Shown here piece after piece: positions 49,229 to 59,308 of a stretch of 64,000 nt of DNA. The first letter of the stretch is position 1. The number at the start of each line of letters is the position of its first letter. The notes under the pieces were generated by a model, which worked only from the letters and a program-made list of their open reading frames with translations, was not told where the DNA came from and ran no database searches. The position numbers were made by a program, and so were the translations under genes. The DNA is from Actinomycetota bacterium (GTDB taxonomy: Bacteria > Actinomycetota > Actinomycetes > S36-B12 > UBA5976): NCBI GenBank assembly GCA_009698575.1, contig WLPX01000008.1:4782-68781 (forward strand), in the 5' to 3' direction.

Positions 49229-49840
49229 CTAAAGCTGGATGTGAAAGTTGCCATAATTTGCGTTATTGGAAACTTGATCTTGCGACTCAGTCGTAATCGC
49301 ATCAGGACTGCGTAGCCAAAGTCTTTCGCCCGGCGCTTGTGGTTCATCGCCGCGAGCCACGACTAATTGCGAAATGAGTAAGTCAATTTCTGTTACTGCA
49401 GCAGCAGTTTCTGTGGAGTCAGTTAAAGCCCCATCGCCGCTTACCACAATTCGCATCAGCCAACGCGAGCCACGGATGCCGATGAATCTAACCGGCTGCA
49501 CATGAGCGCTGCCATCTAAATCAACGGTTGGCATTACGGCTCGGACTTCAGTTCCGAAAGTACCCATGTCAACCTGACAATCAACGCTTTGTTCGCGCAG
49601 ACCATCGACAATTGCATTGCGCATCGGAGCCCAGGCATCTTCACTAGTTGCAGCGGCAAATAGTTGAACTTCCGCGATTGTCATATTTAAATGAAGTGAA
49701 ACCGCTTTACCTTTGCCAGATCGAGGATCTAGGTCTAGATGAACTTCGAGGGTTGGCACATTTGGAACTAATAACGAACCAAGATGCAACATCGCGGAAG
49801 TATCCAAGGCTTGCGACATATCAATTGGACCAAGTGTCAT
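49229..49840 (-). CDS. DUF3710 domain-containing protein
   Basis: 203-aa ORF directly downstream of dut. Contains an RFIGIRGSRWLMRIVVSG segment typical of this family. Confidence 0.6.
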   Translation of the reverse strand: MTLGPIDMSQALDTSAMLHLGSLLVPNVPTLEVHLDLDPRSGKGKAVSLHLNMTIAEVQLFAAATSEDAWAPMRNAIVDGLREQSVDCQVDMGTFGTEVRAVMPTVDLDGSAHVQPVRFIGIRGSRWLMRIVVSGDGALTDSTETAAAVTEIDLLISQLVVARGDEPQAPGERLWLRSPDAITTESQDQVSNNANYGNFHIQL

Positions 49841-50283
49841 GAGGAAATTCCTGTTGAGCCAAATCCGCCATCACTGCGCGCAGTTTCATTCAGAGTTTCA
49901 ACTTGGGTAAAAGTTGCAGTGATCACTTCTTGAATGACTAGTTGTGCAATTCGACTTCCGGCGGGTAACTGTACGCTTTCATTTGCATCTAGATTGATTA
50001 AGCAGATTTTAAGTTCGCCGCGATAACCCGAATCAATTGTTCCTGGTGTATTTACGATTCCAATTCCCTGCTTAATTGCAAGTCCAGAACGCGGATGTAC
50101 TAATCCGACGTAACCATCCGGTAATGCGATCGCTAAACCCGTAGCAACCAAGGCTCGCTCTCCTGGAGCTAACTTCACATCTTCGACGCAAACTAAGTCA
50201 GCGCCCGCATCACCAGGGTGCGCGTAACGAGGCGCTTGGGCTAATTCATGTAGCAGCGTAAATTCGATTTCGATGTTGGTCAT
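49837..50283 (-). CDS. dut: dUTP diphosphatase
   Basis: 148-aa ORF with dUTPase motifs AGADL, GLVHPRSG, GTIDSGYRGE and RSDGGFGSTG. Confidence 0.95.
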   Translation of the reverse strand: MTNIEIEFTLLHELAQAPRYAHPGDAGADLVCVEDVKLAPGERALVATGLAIALPDGYVGLVHPRSGLAIKQGIGIVNTPGTIDSGYRGELKICLINLDANESVQLPAGSRIAQLVIQEVITATFTQVETLNETARSDGGFGSTGISS

Positions 50284-50879
50284 GGCGCGATATCCAGTTT
50301 CTCAGCGTAAGTTCTGGCATGTTCATCAAGTGCCGCAGCTTTCAAATCTTCTGCGCGGCCATGTTTAATAAAATGATCGATTGGCACTTGCATATAAAGC
50401 GAGCCGGCTTCAACAGCTAACGGGCCGTCAGGTGAATTCAATCTGCCTTCAGCAGTTGACCAAATTTTGCGTCCCATTACGGCCTGCATAGTTGCTTCGA
50501 TATATACCTTTGTACCAACGGGTACTGGCATCCGATATGAAACTTCTAGATGTGCAGTGACTGCCGAGGCTCGAATCAGCCAATTTGTAGCTCCTAACGA
50601 TTCATCGAATGCTAAAGACAAGATTCCACCATGGGAAATTCCAGGCGCACCTTGGTGATGTTCTGTTACTTCAAAAACTGCTCGCGTTGTCATGCCTTCG
50701 CCGGCTTCAATCAGTATGTGTAATCCGGTTGGATGATTTTTGCCACAACCAAAACAATTGCTGTAATGGCTAGCTAGTCGCTCACCAGGCTTAGGCGCAT
50801 CGATGTGGCGCTGTGGATTTTGCGCGTCTTTGGGAATAGTCAACGGATGAACTGTGCGCCCAATTCGTTCCATGTTCAT
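50280..50879 (-). CDS. PaaI-family (hotdog fold) thioesterase
   Basis: 199-aa ORF with CFGCGKNHPTGLH and HGGILSLAFDE segments typical of PaaI/DUF4442-type thioesterases. Confidence 0.7.
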   Translation of the reverse strand: MNMERIGRTVHPLTIPKDAQNPQRHIDAPKPGERLASHYSNCFGCGKNHPTGLHILIEAGEGMTTRAVFEVTEHHQGAPGISHGGILSLAFDESLGATNWLIRASAVTAHLEVSYRMPVPVGTKVYIEATMQAVMGRKIWSTAEGRLNSPDGPLAVEAGSLYMQVPIDHFIKHGRAEDLKAAALDEHARTYAEKLDIAP

Positions 50880-50941
50880 TAGAGTATCGTTGCCATTTAA
50901 TAGATGTTTAGGTACCTATAGCGCGGAGTTGAGAAATCCAA

Positions 50942-51424
50942 GTGGCCACTGAAGGAATTGACGGCAAGGTTGTGGCTTATTCTGAGCGACTCTGGCCTTC
51001 GATTGGTATGTGGTTATTTGCAATTGCAATGACCTCATCACTTGGCATTGCATACGGCCGGGCTTATGGCAACTCGTTGGGATTTCTTGTTGGGTTCGCA
51101 ACAACGGCTGCAGTTGTCATCGGCTTGGCGGTAAACGCCCCGATAATTCGAATTGATGAATTGAACTTTCAAGCTGGCCGCGCGCGCTTGCCATTGCAAT
51201 TTGTTGGTCAAGTTAAAGTCTTGGACGCCGAACAATCAAAACGAGCCCGATCAACTGATGCCCATGCTGGTGCGCACTTCCAATTGCGTGGCGGAATTGG
51301 CGAGTCATTGATCATTGAAGTGACTGACCCACAAGATCCACATCCGTATTGGCAAGTTTCAAGTAGGAAAGCAGAACAATTATTGGCTGCGCTGGAAAGC
51401 GCAAAGCTAGCTGCGAAAGCTTAA
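50942..51424 (+). CDS. DUF3093 domain-containing membrane protein
   Basis: 160-aa ORF with two N-terminal TM helices. Conserved next to DUF4193 and dut (Rv2698-like). GTG start. Confidence 0.6.
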   Translation: MATEGIDGKVVAYSERLWPSIGMWLFAIAMTSSLGIAYGRAYGNSLGFLVGFATTAAVVIGLAVNAPIIRIDELNFQAGRARLPLQFVGQVKVLDAEQSKRARSTDAHAGAHFQLRGGIGESLIIEVTDPQDPHPYWQVSSRKAEQLLAALESAKLAAKA

Positions 51425-51717
51425 GCGCAGTCAGAGCAGATCGGCTGGCCTTTAACTTCTTTGGCTAGTGTGCTGCGGTGGTGAACTAAGAAGCAACGCG
51501 AGCATGTGAATTCGTCTGCTTGCTTAGGAATAACCATGACAGTTATTGACTCATCAGATAAGTCTGCGCCTGGCAGTTCTAGTGATTCATTGAGATCTGC
51601 TTCATCGGCGTCAACGCTTGAGCTAACTTTCGAGGCATGTTGGGCTTTGAGGTTTTCGAGACTTTCCTCGTTTTCCTCTTCATCCGACTTTCTCGGTGCG
51701 TCGTAATCTGTTGCCAT
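51421..51717 (-). CDS. DUF4193 domain-containing protein
   Basis: 98-aa acidic ORF, MATDYDAPRK N-terminus and C-terminal zinc-ribbon-like DEFTCSRCFLVHHRS...CSDC. Confidence 0.8.
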   Translation of the reverse strand: MATDYDAPRKSDEEENEESLENLKAQHASKVSSSVDADEADLNESLELPGADLSDESITVMVIPKQADEFTCSRCFLVHHRSTLAKEVKGQPICSDCA

Positions 51718-51816
51718 GACGAACTCAAATCTCCTACAAATAGCGGTATTTATGAAGTGTTACCGACGTGACGGAGGTTACTCCAGTGTTGCCGCGCCGA
51801 GAACACCGCCCCTAGG

Positions 51817-52335
51817 TTAATCGATTCGGCGCATTTCCAAGGGATATCTACGGGCATTTTCGGTATAAGTTTTGATCGAATACGCAATGGTTTCGGGGTC
51901 GGCTGCGCCTTCTTTGATTTTGGCTGGAACTCCCACAGCTAATGCGCCACTAGGAACTAGCGTCCCACCGAGAACTACTGCGCCGGCAGCAACTAAGGCG
52001 CCGGTTTCTACAACCGCTTTGTGTAGCACTAGCGAACCTGACCCAACTAATGCGCCAGAGTGAATTGTGCAACCTTCCAAGTGGGCGTTGTGACCAACTG
52101 TGCATTCATCCCCGACGATTGTTGGCAGTTCGGCAGTGCAATGCACAACGCAACCATCTTGAATTGAAGTGCGCGCCCCTACTTCAATGTGGCTGGAATC
52201 GCCTCGCAGTACCGCACACGGCCCGATAAAAGACAGTTCGCCTATGCGCACATCGCCAATGATCACTGCTTCGGGGTGCACAAATGCAGTTGGATGAATG
52301 TTTGGGACTTTGGCGCCAAAAGCGTAGATAGCCAT
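51817..52335 (-). CDS. Gamma carbonic anhydrase family protein (left-handed beta-helix, YrdA/PaaY-like)
   Basis: 172-aa ORF with hexapeptide repeats and the conserved His pattern (HPTAFVHP..., VGHNAHLEG). Confidence 0.85.
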   Translation of the reverse strand: MAIYAFGAKVPNIHPTAFVHPEAVIIGDVRIGELSFIGPCAVLRGDSSHIEVGARTSIQDGCVVHCTAELPTIVGDECTVGHNAHLEGCTIHSGALVGSGSLVLHKAVVETGALVAAGAVVLGGTLVPSGALAVGVPAKIKEGAADPETIAYSIKTYTENARRYPLEMRRID

Positions 52336-52346
52336 AGTTCGATTTC

Positions 52347-53204
52347 CTAATCTTTATCCGCGTTATGTGTTTCAAGTATTGCAATCAATTCGGCATGAAT
52401 TGCTGGAGTGGTGACAACAATCATGTCTTCACCAATTTGATTACCAAATAGCCCGCTGGAAACCGCGCCAGCTTCGCGCGCTATCAACTCACCGGCTGCG
52501 TGATCCCAGGCATTTACGCCTCGTTCGTAATAGCCATCAAGGACACCTTCTGCGACCAAACACAGATCTACTGCGCAGGATCCAAGTCGGCGAATATCAG
52601 CGACCTTTGGCAAGACTTGCTGCAATACTCGCGCTTGGCTGGCCCGACGCGAACTGGCATAGCCAAATCCAGTGCCCATAAGTGCTTGGCTAAGTTCATT
52701 GCACTCGGATACTTGAAGTTTTCGGGTACCCGAAGGCTCAATCACCCAGGCACCTAAACCTCGACTTGAGATATACATTTGATCCAAAATTGGAACATAA
52801 ACCACACCTGCGAGTGCTTGCCCAGAATTTTCATCCTTAAGCCCAATGGATACACACCAGTGCGGAACTTTGTGCAAGTAGTTCACCGTGCCATCAATTG
52901 GGTCTATTACCCATTGCATTCCCGAGGATCCCGGTTTGTTGGCACCTTCTTCGCCCAAAATCGCGTCTTCCGGGCGATGTTTAGTAAGTTCCCCGACAAT
53001 GAAAGCTTCGGCGCGCTGATCCATCAATGTCACAACATCGGTTGCAGTTGACTTAGTTTGAATTCCTAGATCACTTGGTCGGTCGAGCAGTAATTCGCCA
53101 GTGCTTTTTGCAATTGACATCGCCAAAGCCAGATTTGGATCGCTGGTTAGGTTGGCTAGGCTCACTTGGCTATTGTCCCTGTTGCCTCGTTTGATGTGCG
53201 ACAC
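52347..53204 (-). CDS. Inositol monophosphatase family protein
   Basis: 285-aa ORF with WVIDPIDGT and IMPase C-terminal motifs (SuhB/ImpA/HisN-like; these cannot be told apart by eye). Confidence 0.85.
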   Translation of the reverse strand: MSHIKRGNRDNSQVSLANLTSDPNLALAMSIAKSTGELLLDRPSDLGIQTKSTATDVVTLMDQRAEAFIVGELTKHRPEDAILGEEGANKPGSSGMQWVIDPIDGTVNYLHKVPHWCVSIGLKDENSGQALAGVVYVPILDQMYISSRGLGAWVIEPSGTRKLQVSECNELSQALMGTGFGYASSRRASQARVLQQVLPKVADIRRLGSCAVDLCLVAEGVLDGYYERGVNAWDHAAGELIAREAGAVSSGLFGNQIGEDMIVVTTPAIHAELIAILETHNADKD

Positions 53205-53276
53205 ACCCCACTAATACCCCGATTTTATTGGATTTTCCGCGACACTAGAGAGTAATAGCAACAGAAAAGGTGCGCC

Positions 53277-54065
53277 ATGAAAGAGCTGATTTTTGTCGGG
53301 CGGTCGCAAGACAACTTAGAGCTAATTTTCATGGACGAAGACGGTGGCGAATTCGCCGTAGCCGTTGATGATCACATTAAACGCAGCATTAATACCAATG
53401 ACACTGCAAGCGTTACCACCACAGACTCCAGTGCTGGAATTTCCCCGCGCGACATTCAAACTCGAATTCGTCGTGGCGAGACTGCTGCAGCGATTGCTAA
53501 CGAAGCCGGCGTGGATGCCACCCGGATTGAGCGCTATGCCGGTCCGGTACTTGCCGAACGTTCTTACATGGCCAAACGCGCTTCCGAAACTTTAGTTCGC
53601 AGACCACATGGCGAAGTTTTACTTGGCGAATTAGCAACCGGCCAGTTAGCAAACCGCGGCGTCGATACTTTGACTTTAGTTTGGGATTCTTACCGACGTG
53701 ATGATGCGCGTTGGACCGTGACAGTTTCTTGGGCTAGCGGTAGTGGCGGCGGATTAGCCAGTTGGATTTTTGATCCATTAGCTCATAGCGTTGTTGCCTT
53801 AGATGATGAAGCTCGTTGGTTATTTGATGAAGCGGCCGGCGCAACAAAAGATGCCAAAGTCACCGAAGAACCTAAGCCGCGTCTTGTTGGCCTGCCAACA
53901 GTTTCAGAACCAGAAGAAGAACTTGAACCACCAGCATGGGCAGGTCCTGGACATCCAACAATGCCGGTACCTATGCCCGTTGCAACTCCAGCGCCCGCTG
54001 CCGCCGCAGACGACTCCCCTTCATGGGATGACATCTTGTTCGGCCATCGTCCGAATGACCAATAG
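53277..54065 (+). CDS. sepH: Septation protein SepH (DUF3071)
   Basis: 262-aa ORF, MKELIFVGRSQDNLELIF N-terminus, SPRDIQTRIRRGETAAAIANEAGVDATRIERYAGPV HTH-like segment, disordered Pro/Ala-rich C-terminus. Confidence 0.8.
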   Translation: MKELIFVGRSQDNLELIFMDEDGGEFAVAVDDHIKRSINTNDTASVTTTDSSAGISPRDIQTRIRRGETAAAIANEAGVDATRIERYAGPVLAERSYMAKRASETLVRRPHGEVLLGELATGQLANRGVDTLTLVWDSYRRDDARWTVTVSWASGSGGGLASWIFDPLAHSVVALDDEARWLFDEAAGATKDAKVTEEPKPRLVGLPTVSEPEEELEPPAWAGPGHPTMPVPMPVATPAPAAAADDSPSWDDILFGHRPNDQ

Positions 54066-54101
54066 TCACCGATACTTAATTAGCAAGGATCTACTTTAAT
54101 C

Positions 54102-56540
54102 ATGGCAAAAACAACACCATCGAAACCTGCGCATAATGCTGGTCGCATTGTTGACATCGATGTTGCCAATGAGATGCAAGATTCGTTTTTGGAGTATGCC
54201 TACTCAGTAATTTATTCCCGCGCGTTGCCAGATGCTCGCGATGGTTTAAAGCCGGTACAGCGCCGAATTCTGCACACTATGGCCTCGATGGGACTGCGTT
54301 CCGATAAAGGCCACGTAAAGAGCGCTCGTGTGGTTGGCGAAGTCATGGGTAAGTTGCACCCACACGGTGACAGCGCGATTTATGACGCGTTGGTTCGCAT
54401 GGCGCAATCCTGGTCATTGCGATTGCCATTTGTTGATGGTCATGGAAACTTTGGTTCGCTAGACGAAGGTCCTGCTGCCTATCGCTATACCGAAGCGCGC
54501 CTTGCAACTCCTGCCAGTGCCATGGTGGATTCCCTTGACGAAGACACGGTAGATTTTGCGCCAAACTACGACGGCCGTGAACTTGAACCAACTGTTTTGC
54601 CATCTGCCATTCCTAACCTGTTAGTAAATGGCGCATCAGGAATTGCAGTCGGTATGGCAACTAACATGCCTCCGCACAACTTGCGCGAAGTGGTAGCTGC
54701 TGCCTCACACTTACTAGCCCATCCGAAGGCAACTCTGGATGAGTTGATGAGTTTTGTACCAGGCCCCGACTTACCAACTGGCGGAATCATTTACGGCCTC
54801 GATGGAATTCGAGAGGCTTACGAAGGAGGCAAAGGAAGCTTTAAAGTTCGCGCGAAAGTAGACATCGAACAACTATCACCGCGCAGGCAAGGAATAGTTG
54901 TTCGCGAACTCCCCTACCAAGTTGGCCCAGAGCGTGTGATTGAACGCATCAAGGAATTAGTTACCAACAAAAAGTTGCAAGGTATATCTGACGTTATTGA
55001 TTTAACAGATTACGAATCCGGTCTTGAGTTAGTTATTGAAATCAAGAATGGCTTCCATCCCGAGGCCGTACTAGATCAGCTTTACAAACTAACGCCACTT
55101 GAAGATGCGTTTCATATCAATAACGTCGCGCTTGTAAATGGTCAGCCAGTTACGTTAGGTCTAAAGCCACTACTACAGGTTTTTATCGATCATCGACTTG
55201 AAGTTGTTAGGCGCCGAAGCGAATATCGCAGAACGCGTGCCAACGATCGTTTGCACTTAGTCGATGGCTTACTCGTAGCTATTCTTGACATCGATGAAGT
55301 AATTGCCGTTATCCGAGGCAGTGACGATACCGCTGCAGCTCGGGAACGCTTGATGAGTGTATTTGATTTAAGTGAAATTCAGGCAAACTACATTTTGGAA
55401 ATGCCGCTACGACGTTTAACAAAGTTCTCGCGTATCGAACTTGAAAAAGAGCAAGAAGAATTGCGTCTGATAATTGCTGACTTGACCGACATCTTGGAAA
55501 ACAGCAAGCGATTGCGCAAAGTAGTTGGCCAAGAGTTGACTGATGTTGCCAATTTGTATGGTGATGACCGCAGGTCACAATTACTAACATATGATGGCAT
55601 TATTTCGGCAGCACTTCCGGTTCCGCTAGAAGTAACGGACGACCCATGTTTTGTATTGATGTCTGCGACCGGTTTGTTAGCCAGAACTTCTAGTGGAGTT
55701 CCGTTGGAGTTCGCCAAAAAACGTACGAGTCACGACACGATTAAATCTATGGTTAGCACAACTGCCCTCGGAGATGTCGGAATCGTAACTAGCCATGGAC
55801 GGGTAATCCGACAATCTGTTGTGAACTTGCCGGCGATCTCAGATGGAGCTTCCTTGGCTGTTGCCGGCGGGGCTGCGTTGAAGGAATTTGTCACCCTGGC
55901 AAAGGGCGAGACCGCGCTAGCACTCATGGCCCTTGATCAGCCAGAGTCATCGCTGTTCCTAACAACTGCCTTTGGCACAGTTAAGCGTGTTATCAACGAC
56001 GTGCCAGGCTCTGCAGGTGATTGGAATGTTATTCGACTTGAAGAAGGCGACTACTTAGTCGGAGCGATTCAATGTGAGGACGAAAGCGGCGAAGTTGTCC
56101 TGATCACTAGTGATGCCCAACTGCTGCATTTTGATGCATCTCTAGTTAGAGCAACTGGCCGCCCAGCGGCAGGCGTGGTGGGGATTCGGCTTTATGAAGG
56201 CGCTGAAGTTGTTTTCGGATCAGTTGTAGATGCCCATGATGAATGCCTAGTGGCAACAGTTGGTGGCGAAGCCGGCGCACTCCCAGGAACTGCCGCTCAC
56301 ACTATGAAATTGACACCACTTTCGGAATTCCCTGGCAAAGGTCGGGCCACAAGTGGCGTGCGTTGTCATAAATTCTTAGCTGGCGAAGATGTTCTAGTTG
56401 CTGCCGCAGCTGGCAACGGTCCAATCCACGCTTGCGGTTCTACTGGAGCTGCAGTTGACGTCCCCGATAAACATGGGAAGCGCGATAGCACTGGCACCAA
56501 ACTTCGTAAGCCAGTTGCTGCTGTGTGTGCTGCGCCGTGA
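54102..56540 (+). CDS. parC: DNA topoisomerase IV subunit A (type IIA topoisomerase A subunit)
   Basis: 812-aa ORF with DGLKPVQRRIL, active-site AAYRYTEARL, and a beta-pinwheel C-terminal domain. Its partner B subunit lies at 59506-61590. ParC versus a second GyrA-like protein cannot be proven without phylogeny. Confidence 0.85.
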   Translation: MAKTTPSKPAHNAGRIVDIDVANEMQDSFLEYAYSVIYSRALPDARDGLKPVQRRILHTMASMGLRSDKGHVKSARVVGEVMGKLHPHGDSAIYDALVRMAQSWSLRLPFVDGHGNFGSLDEGPAAYRYTEARLATPASAMVDSLDEDTVDFAPNYDGRELEPTVLPSAIPNLLVNGASGIAVGMATNMPPHNLREVVAAASHLLAHPKATLDELMSFVPGPDLPTGGIIYGLDGIREAYEGGKGSFKVRAKVDIEQLSPRRQGIVVRELPYQVGPERVIERIKELVTNKKLQGISDVIDLTDYESGLELVIEIKNGFHPEAVLDQLYKLTPLEDAFHINNVALVNGQPVTLGLKPLLQVFIDHRLEVVRRRSEYRRTRANDRLHLVDGLLVAILDIDEVIAVIRGSDDTAAARERLMSVFDLSEIQANYILEMPLRRLTKFSRIELEKEQEELRLIIADLTDILENSKRLRKVVGQELTDVANLYGDDRRSQLLTYDGIISAALPVPLEVTDDPCFVLMSATGLLARTSSGVPLEFAKKRTSHDTIKSMVSTTALGDVGIVTSHGRVIRQSVVNLPAISDGASLAVAGGAALKEFVTLAKGETALALMALDQPESSLFLTTAFGTVKRVINDVPGSAGDWNVIRLEEGDYLVGAIQCEDESGEVVLITSDAQLLHFDASLVRATGRPAAGVVGIRLYEGAEVVFGSVVDAHDECLVATVGGEAGALPGTAAHTMKLTPLSEFPGKGRATSGVRCHKFLAGEDVLVAAAAGNGPIHACGSTGAAVDVPDKHGKRDSTGTKLRKPVAAVCAAP

Positions 56541-57778
56541 AGAAAGCGCTAATCAGTAAATCCGCATTAGCTCTCATAATCGCGCTCGTACTCTCACTAG
56601 TTAATCTGCCTGCGCAAGCTGCAACTAAATCGGTTTCCATGACTCCGATTCCGGAGACACTAGTAGCCGGACAGCAAGTCACTGTTTCTGGTACAACTAC
56701 GGGCAGCCTAAAGGGAACTAAAGTTAAGGTTCAAATAAAGGTTGGCAAGAAGTGGAAAACCGTTAAGACCGTCAAATCGAAGAAAAAGAGCGGTAAGTGG
56801 TCCGCAACATTTAGAGCAACCTCCTCGACTCCAGCCCTGTCCGTCAGGGCGCTAGCCGGTTCTAAGAAAACTAAAATTCAAGCAACCGCAGTAATTGCTC
56901 CGTTAAATATTGTGGCTCGTGGTCCTGGGTCCAGAATCTTGGGAGTTGACTTATCCCGATGGCAAAGTTCCGCGCAGCCCGTCGACTTTAACAAGATGGC
57001 TGCTGCTGGTGTGGCATTTGCATTCATAAAGGGATCAGATGGATTGCTAACTGAAGACGCACTAGCAGTTCCTCACGTAATCAAATGGGCCCCAGAAGCG
57101 AAAGCAGCCGGAATCTTGGTGGGCTACTATCATTTCGCGCGTATACCTGTCACTGTTGTCCCCGAAGAGATCGTCGCGTCTGCCCAGGCCCAGGCTGCCC
57201 AGGCTGCTGCGCGACTTGCTGAACTCGGTGGCTACGACGACCGCACTTTGCCTTATGTGTTGGATATCGAAGGCGTTAACTCCACAATTACTGACGAAAT
57301 GGTAACGCTCTGGACTACGACTTGGCTGGATGAAATGCAGCTTGCAACCTCGCGGGCGCCCGTCGTTTATTCATACCGAAGTTTCTTGCAAGATCGTCTG
57401 TTGCAAAGCGCGGTAACCAAAGATAAGTTGCGCAATTATCACCTTTGGCTTGCTCAGCCAGGTAACCCTGCCAAGGCCTCGGTAAAAGTTGGACAGGGAC
57501 TAAAAAAAGGTAAGCCATGTTATGAAACAGCTTGGAAGCAATCGGATTGCTCATACGTATGGACCTTTTGGCAATACACAAGTAAGGGTGATCGTGAAAA
57601 ATATGGAATTCCGTGGAGTCCAAGCGTCGGTAGCTGTCCAACGGGTGTAAGTCTTTGTTTTCCAGGCAAAGGAACTGGGCGCAATCATCTTGATTTAAAT
57701 GTATTTAATGGGACCGCTGCTGACTTAACCGCATTGGTGAATGGTTCCTGGATCAGATCTCCGCTGGAATACCGATAG
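56525..57778 (+). CDS. Secreted GH25 muramidase (lysozyme) with an N-terminal Ig-like/Lys-rich domain
   Basis: 417-aa ORF with signal peptide KKALISKSALALIIALVLSLVNLPAQA and GH25 motifs GVDLSRWQ..VDFNKM..GVAFAFIKGSDG, YHFA and WQYTSKG..DLNVFNG. An alternative GTG start at 37 overlaps the parC stop (GTGA). Confidence 0.8.
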   Translation: MCCAVKKALISKSALALIIALVLSLVNLPAQAATKSVSMTPIPETLVAGQQVTVSGTTTGSLKGTKVKVQIKVGKKWKTVKTVKSKKKSGKWSATFRATSSTPALSVRALAGSKKTKIQATAVIAPLNIVARGPGSRILGVDLSRWQSSAQPVDFNKMAAAGVAFAFIKGSDGLLTEDALAVPHVIKWAPEAKAAGILVGYYHFARIPVTVVPEEIVASAQAQAAQAAARLAELGGYDDRTLPYVLDIEGVNSTITDEMVTLWTTTWLDEMQLATSRAPVVYSYRSFLQDRLLQSAVTKDKLRNYHLWLAQPGNPAKASVKVGQGLKKGKPCYETAWKQSDCSYVWTFWQYTSKGDREKYGIPWSPSVGSCPTGVSLCFPGKGTGRNHLDLNVFNGTAADLTALVNGSWIRSPLEYR

Positions 57779-57804
57779 TCACAGATAGCGATAAACTTGA
57801 AAAC

Positions 57805-58773
57805 ATGAGTGATGTCCTAGTTATTGGCGCAGGACCTGCAGGTTTATACGCCGCTTACTACGCCGGGTTCCGAGGCTTTTCGGTAACTGTTTTGGATGTA
57901 CTCACCGAACCAGGTGGCCAAATTACGGCCATGTACCCGGAAAAAGAAATTTTTGATATTGCTGGTTTCCCTTCGGTTAAAGGTCGAGATTTAGTTGAAG
58001 GCCTAATGGTCCAAGCCGGCGCGTTTAACCCAAAATTTATCCTCGGTGAGCGGGCCGAAGAACTTGAAACTAGCGAAACTGGTCCAGTCCTTGTAGTCAC
58101 TGATAAAGGCACAGTCATCGAAGCCAAAGTCGTAATCATCACTGGTGGCATTGGTTCATTCACGCCGCGCGAGCTTCCGGCTGGCAATGAATACGTTGGC
58201 AAAGGCTTGGTTTACTTCGTGCCAAAGCTAGACGTGCATGCCGGTAAAGATGTAGTCATCATTGGTGGCGGCGACTCCGCATTTGACTGGGCTTACTCAC
58301 TAGCACCGATCGCAAAATCAGTCACGCTAGTTCACCGGCGCGAGACTTTCCGCGCTCATGCTGCAACTGTTGATCAAGTACGCGCTATGGGTGTTGAACT
58401 TGTTATTAACTCAGAAGTTGAAAGTGTTACTGGCGATGACTGGGTTGAAGCAGTAACCATCAAGAACAAAGATGGTGAATCTCGCACGCTGCCAGCCCAA
58501 ACTTTGGTTGCTGCTCTTGGGTTCATTGCCAACATCGGACCCATCGCTAATTGGGGTATCGAACTTGAAAAGCGTCGCATTGTCGTAGACACCACAATGA
58601 AAACTAATTTGCCGCGTGTCTATTCCGCAGGTGACATCACAACCTATGTCGGTAAAGTGCCACTAATTTCTGTTGGATTTGGCGAAGCTGGACTCGCTGT
58701 AAATAATTCGGTGCCTTACATCGACGAACACCAGGGCGTATTCCCTGGCCACTCAAGTGGCGGAGGCGAGTAA
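57805..58773 (+). CDS. Ferredoxin--NADP(+) reductase, thioredoxin-reductase-like type
   Basis: 322-aa ORF with FAD motif VLVIGAGPAGLYAAYYAG, NAD(P) motif VVIIGGGDSAFDWA, and no CxxC redox pair. Confidence 0.85.
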   Translation: MSDVLVIGAGPAGLYAAYYAGFRGFSVTVLDVLTEPGGQITAMYPEKEIFDIAGFPSVKGRDLVEGLMVQAGAFNPKFILGERAEELETSETGPVLVVTDKGTVIEAKVVIITGGIGSFTPRELPAGNEYVGKGLVYFVPKLDVHAGKDVVIIGGGDSAFDWAYSLAPIAKSVTLVHRRETFRAHAATVDQVRAMGVELVINSEVESVTGDDWVEAVTIKNKDGESRTLPAQTLVAALGFIANIGPIANWGIELEKRRIVVDTTMKTNLPRVYSAGDITTYVGKVPLISVGFGEAGLAVNNSVPYIDEHQGVFPGHSSGGGE

Positions 58774-58777
58774 CTAG

Positions 58778-59296
58778 ATGCCTAATCTTCCATTTCCAAA
58801 GACTGAATTTTCTGACGTGCTTGCTGCCAATTCGCAGTATGCCGAAAACTTCACCAGCGAACACCTAACAGGCACAGCCGCCAAGGGCTTAGCCATCATT
58901 ACTTGCATGGACTCACGAATTAGTCCGCTAGCAATTGTTGGCATGAAGCCTGGTGACGTCAAGATCCTTCGTAACGCTGGCGCCCGCGTAACTGATGACG
59001 TATTGCGAACCTTAGTTCTTGCCACTTTTCTACTTGGCGTTAATCGCGTATTGGTAATGCCACACACAGATTGTCGAATGGCTAGTGCCACCGAACCTGA
59101 GATTCACGAAACAATTTTGCAGGAGCACGGCGTAGATACCCGTAGCGTTGAGTTTCGTACCGTGCGAGATCAAGTCGAAGCGTTACAGACGGATGTGAAT
59201 CGTGTGAGAACTTACCCATTGTTAGCTAATGGCGTCACTGTCGGCGGCGCAATTTTTGATGTCCACACCGGTGAACTTAAGCCTTACGATTTCTAG
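58778..59296 (+). CDS. Beta-class carbonic anhydrase
   Basis: 172-aa ORF with zinc ligands in ITCMDSRI and HTDCRM, similar to the small mycobacterial beta-CA. Confidence 0.85.
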   Translation: MPNLPFPKTEFSDVLAANSQYAENFTSEHLTGTAAKGLAIITCMDSRISPLAIVGMKPGDVKILRNAGARVTDDVLRTLVLATFLLGVNRVLVMPHTDCRMASATEPEIHETILQEHGVDTRSVEFRTVRDQVEALQTDVNRVRTYPLLANGVTVGGAIFDVHTGELKPYDF

Positions 59297-59308
59297 ATTG
59301 GAAATGAC

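Noticed and set aside
56452-56462. A second occurrence of TTGACGTC, the core of the acnA palindrome, inside parC.
   Set aside because: Only the 8-nt core matches and the palindromic flanks are absent. It is intragenic and expected by chance.
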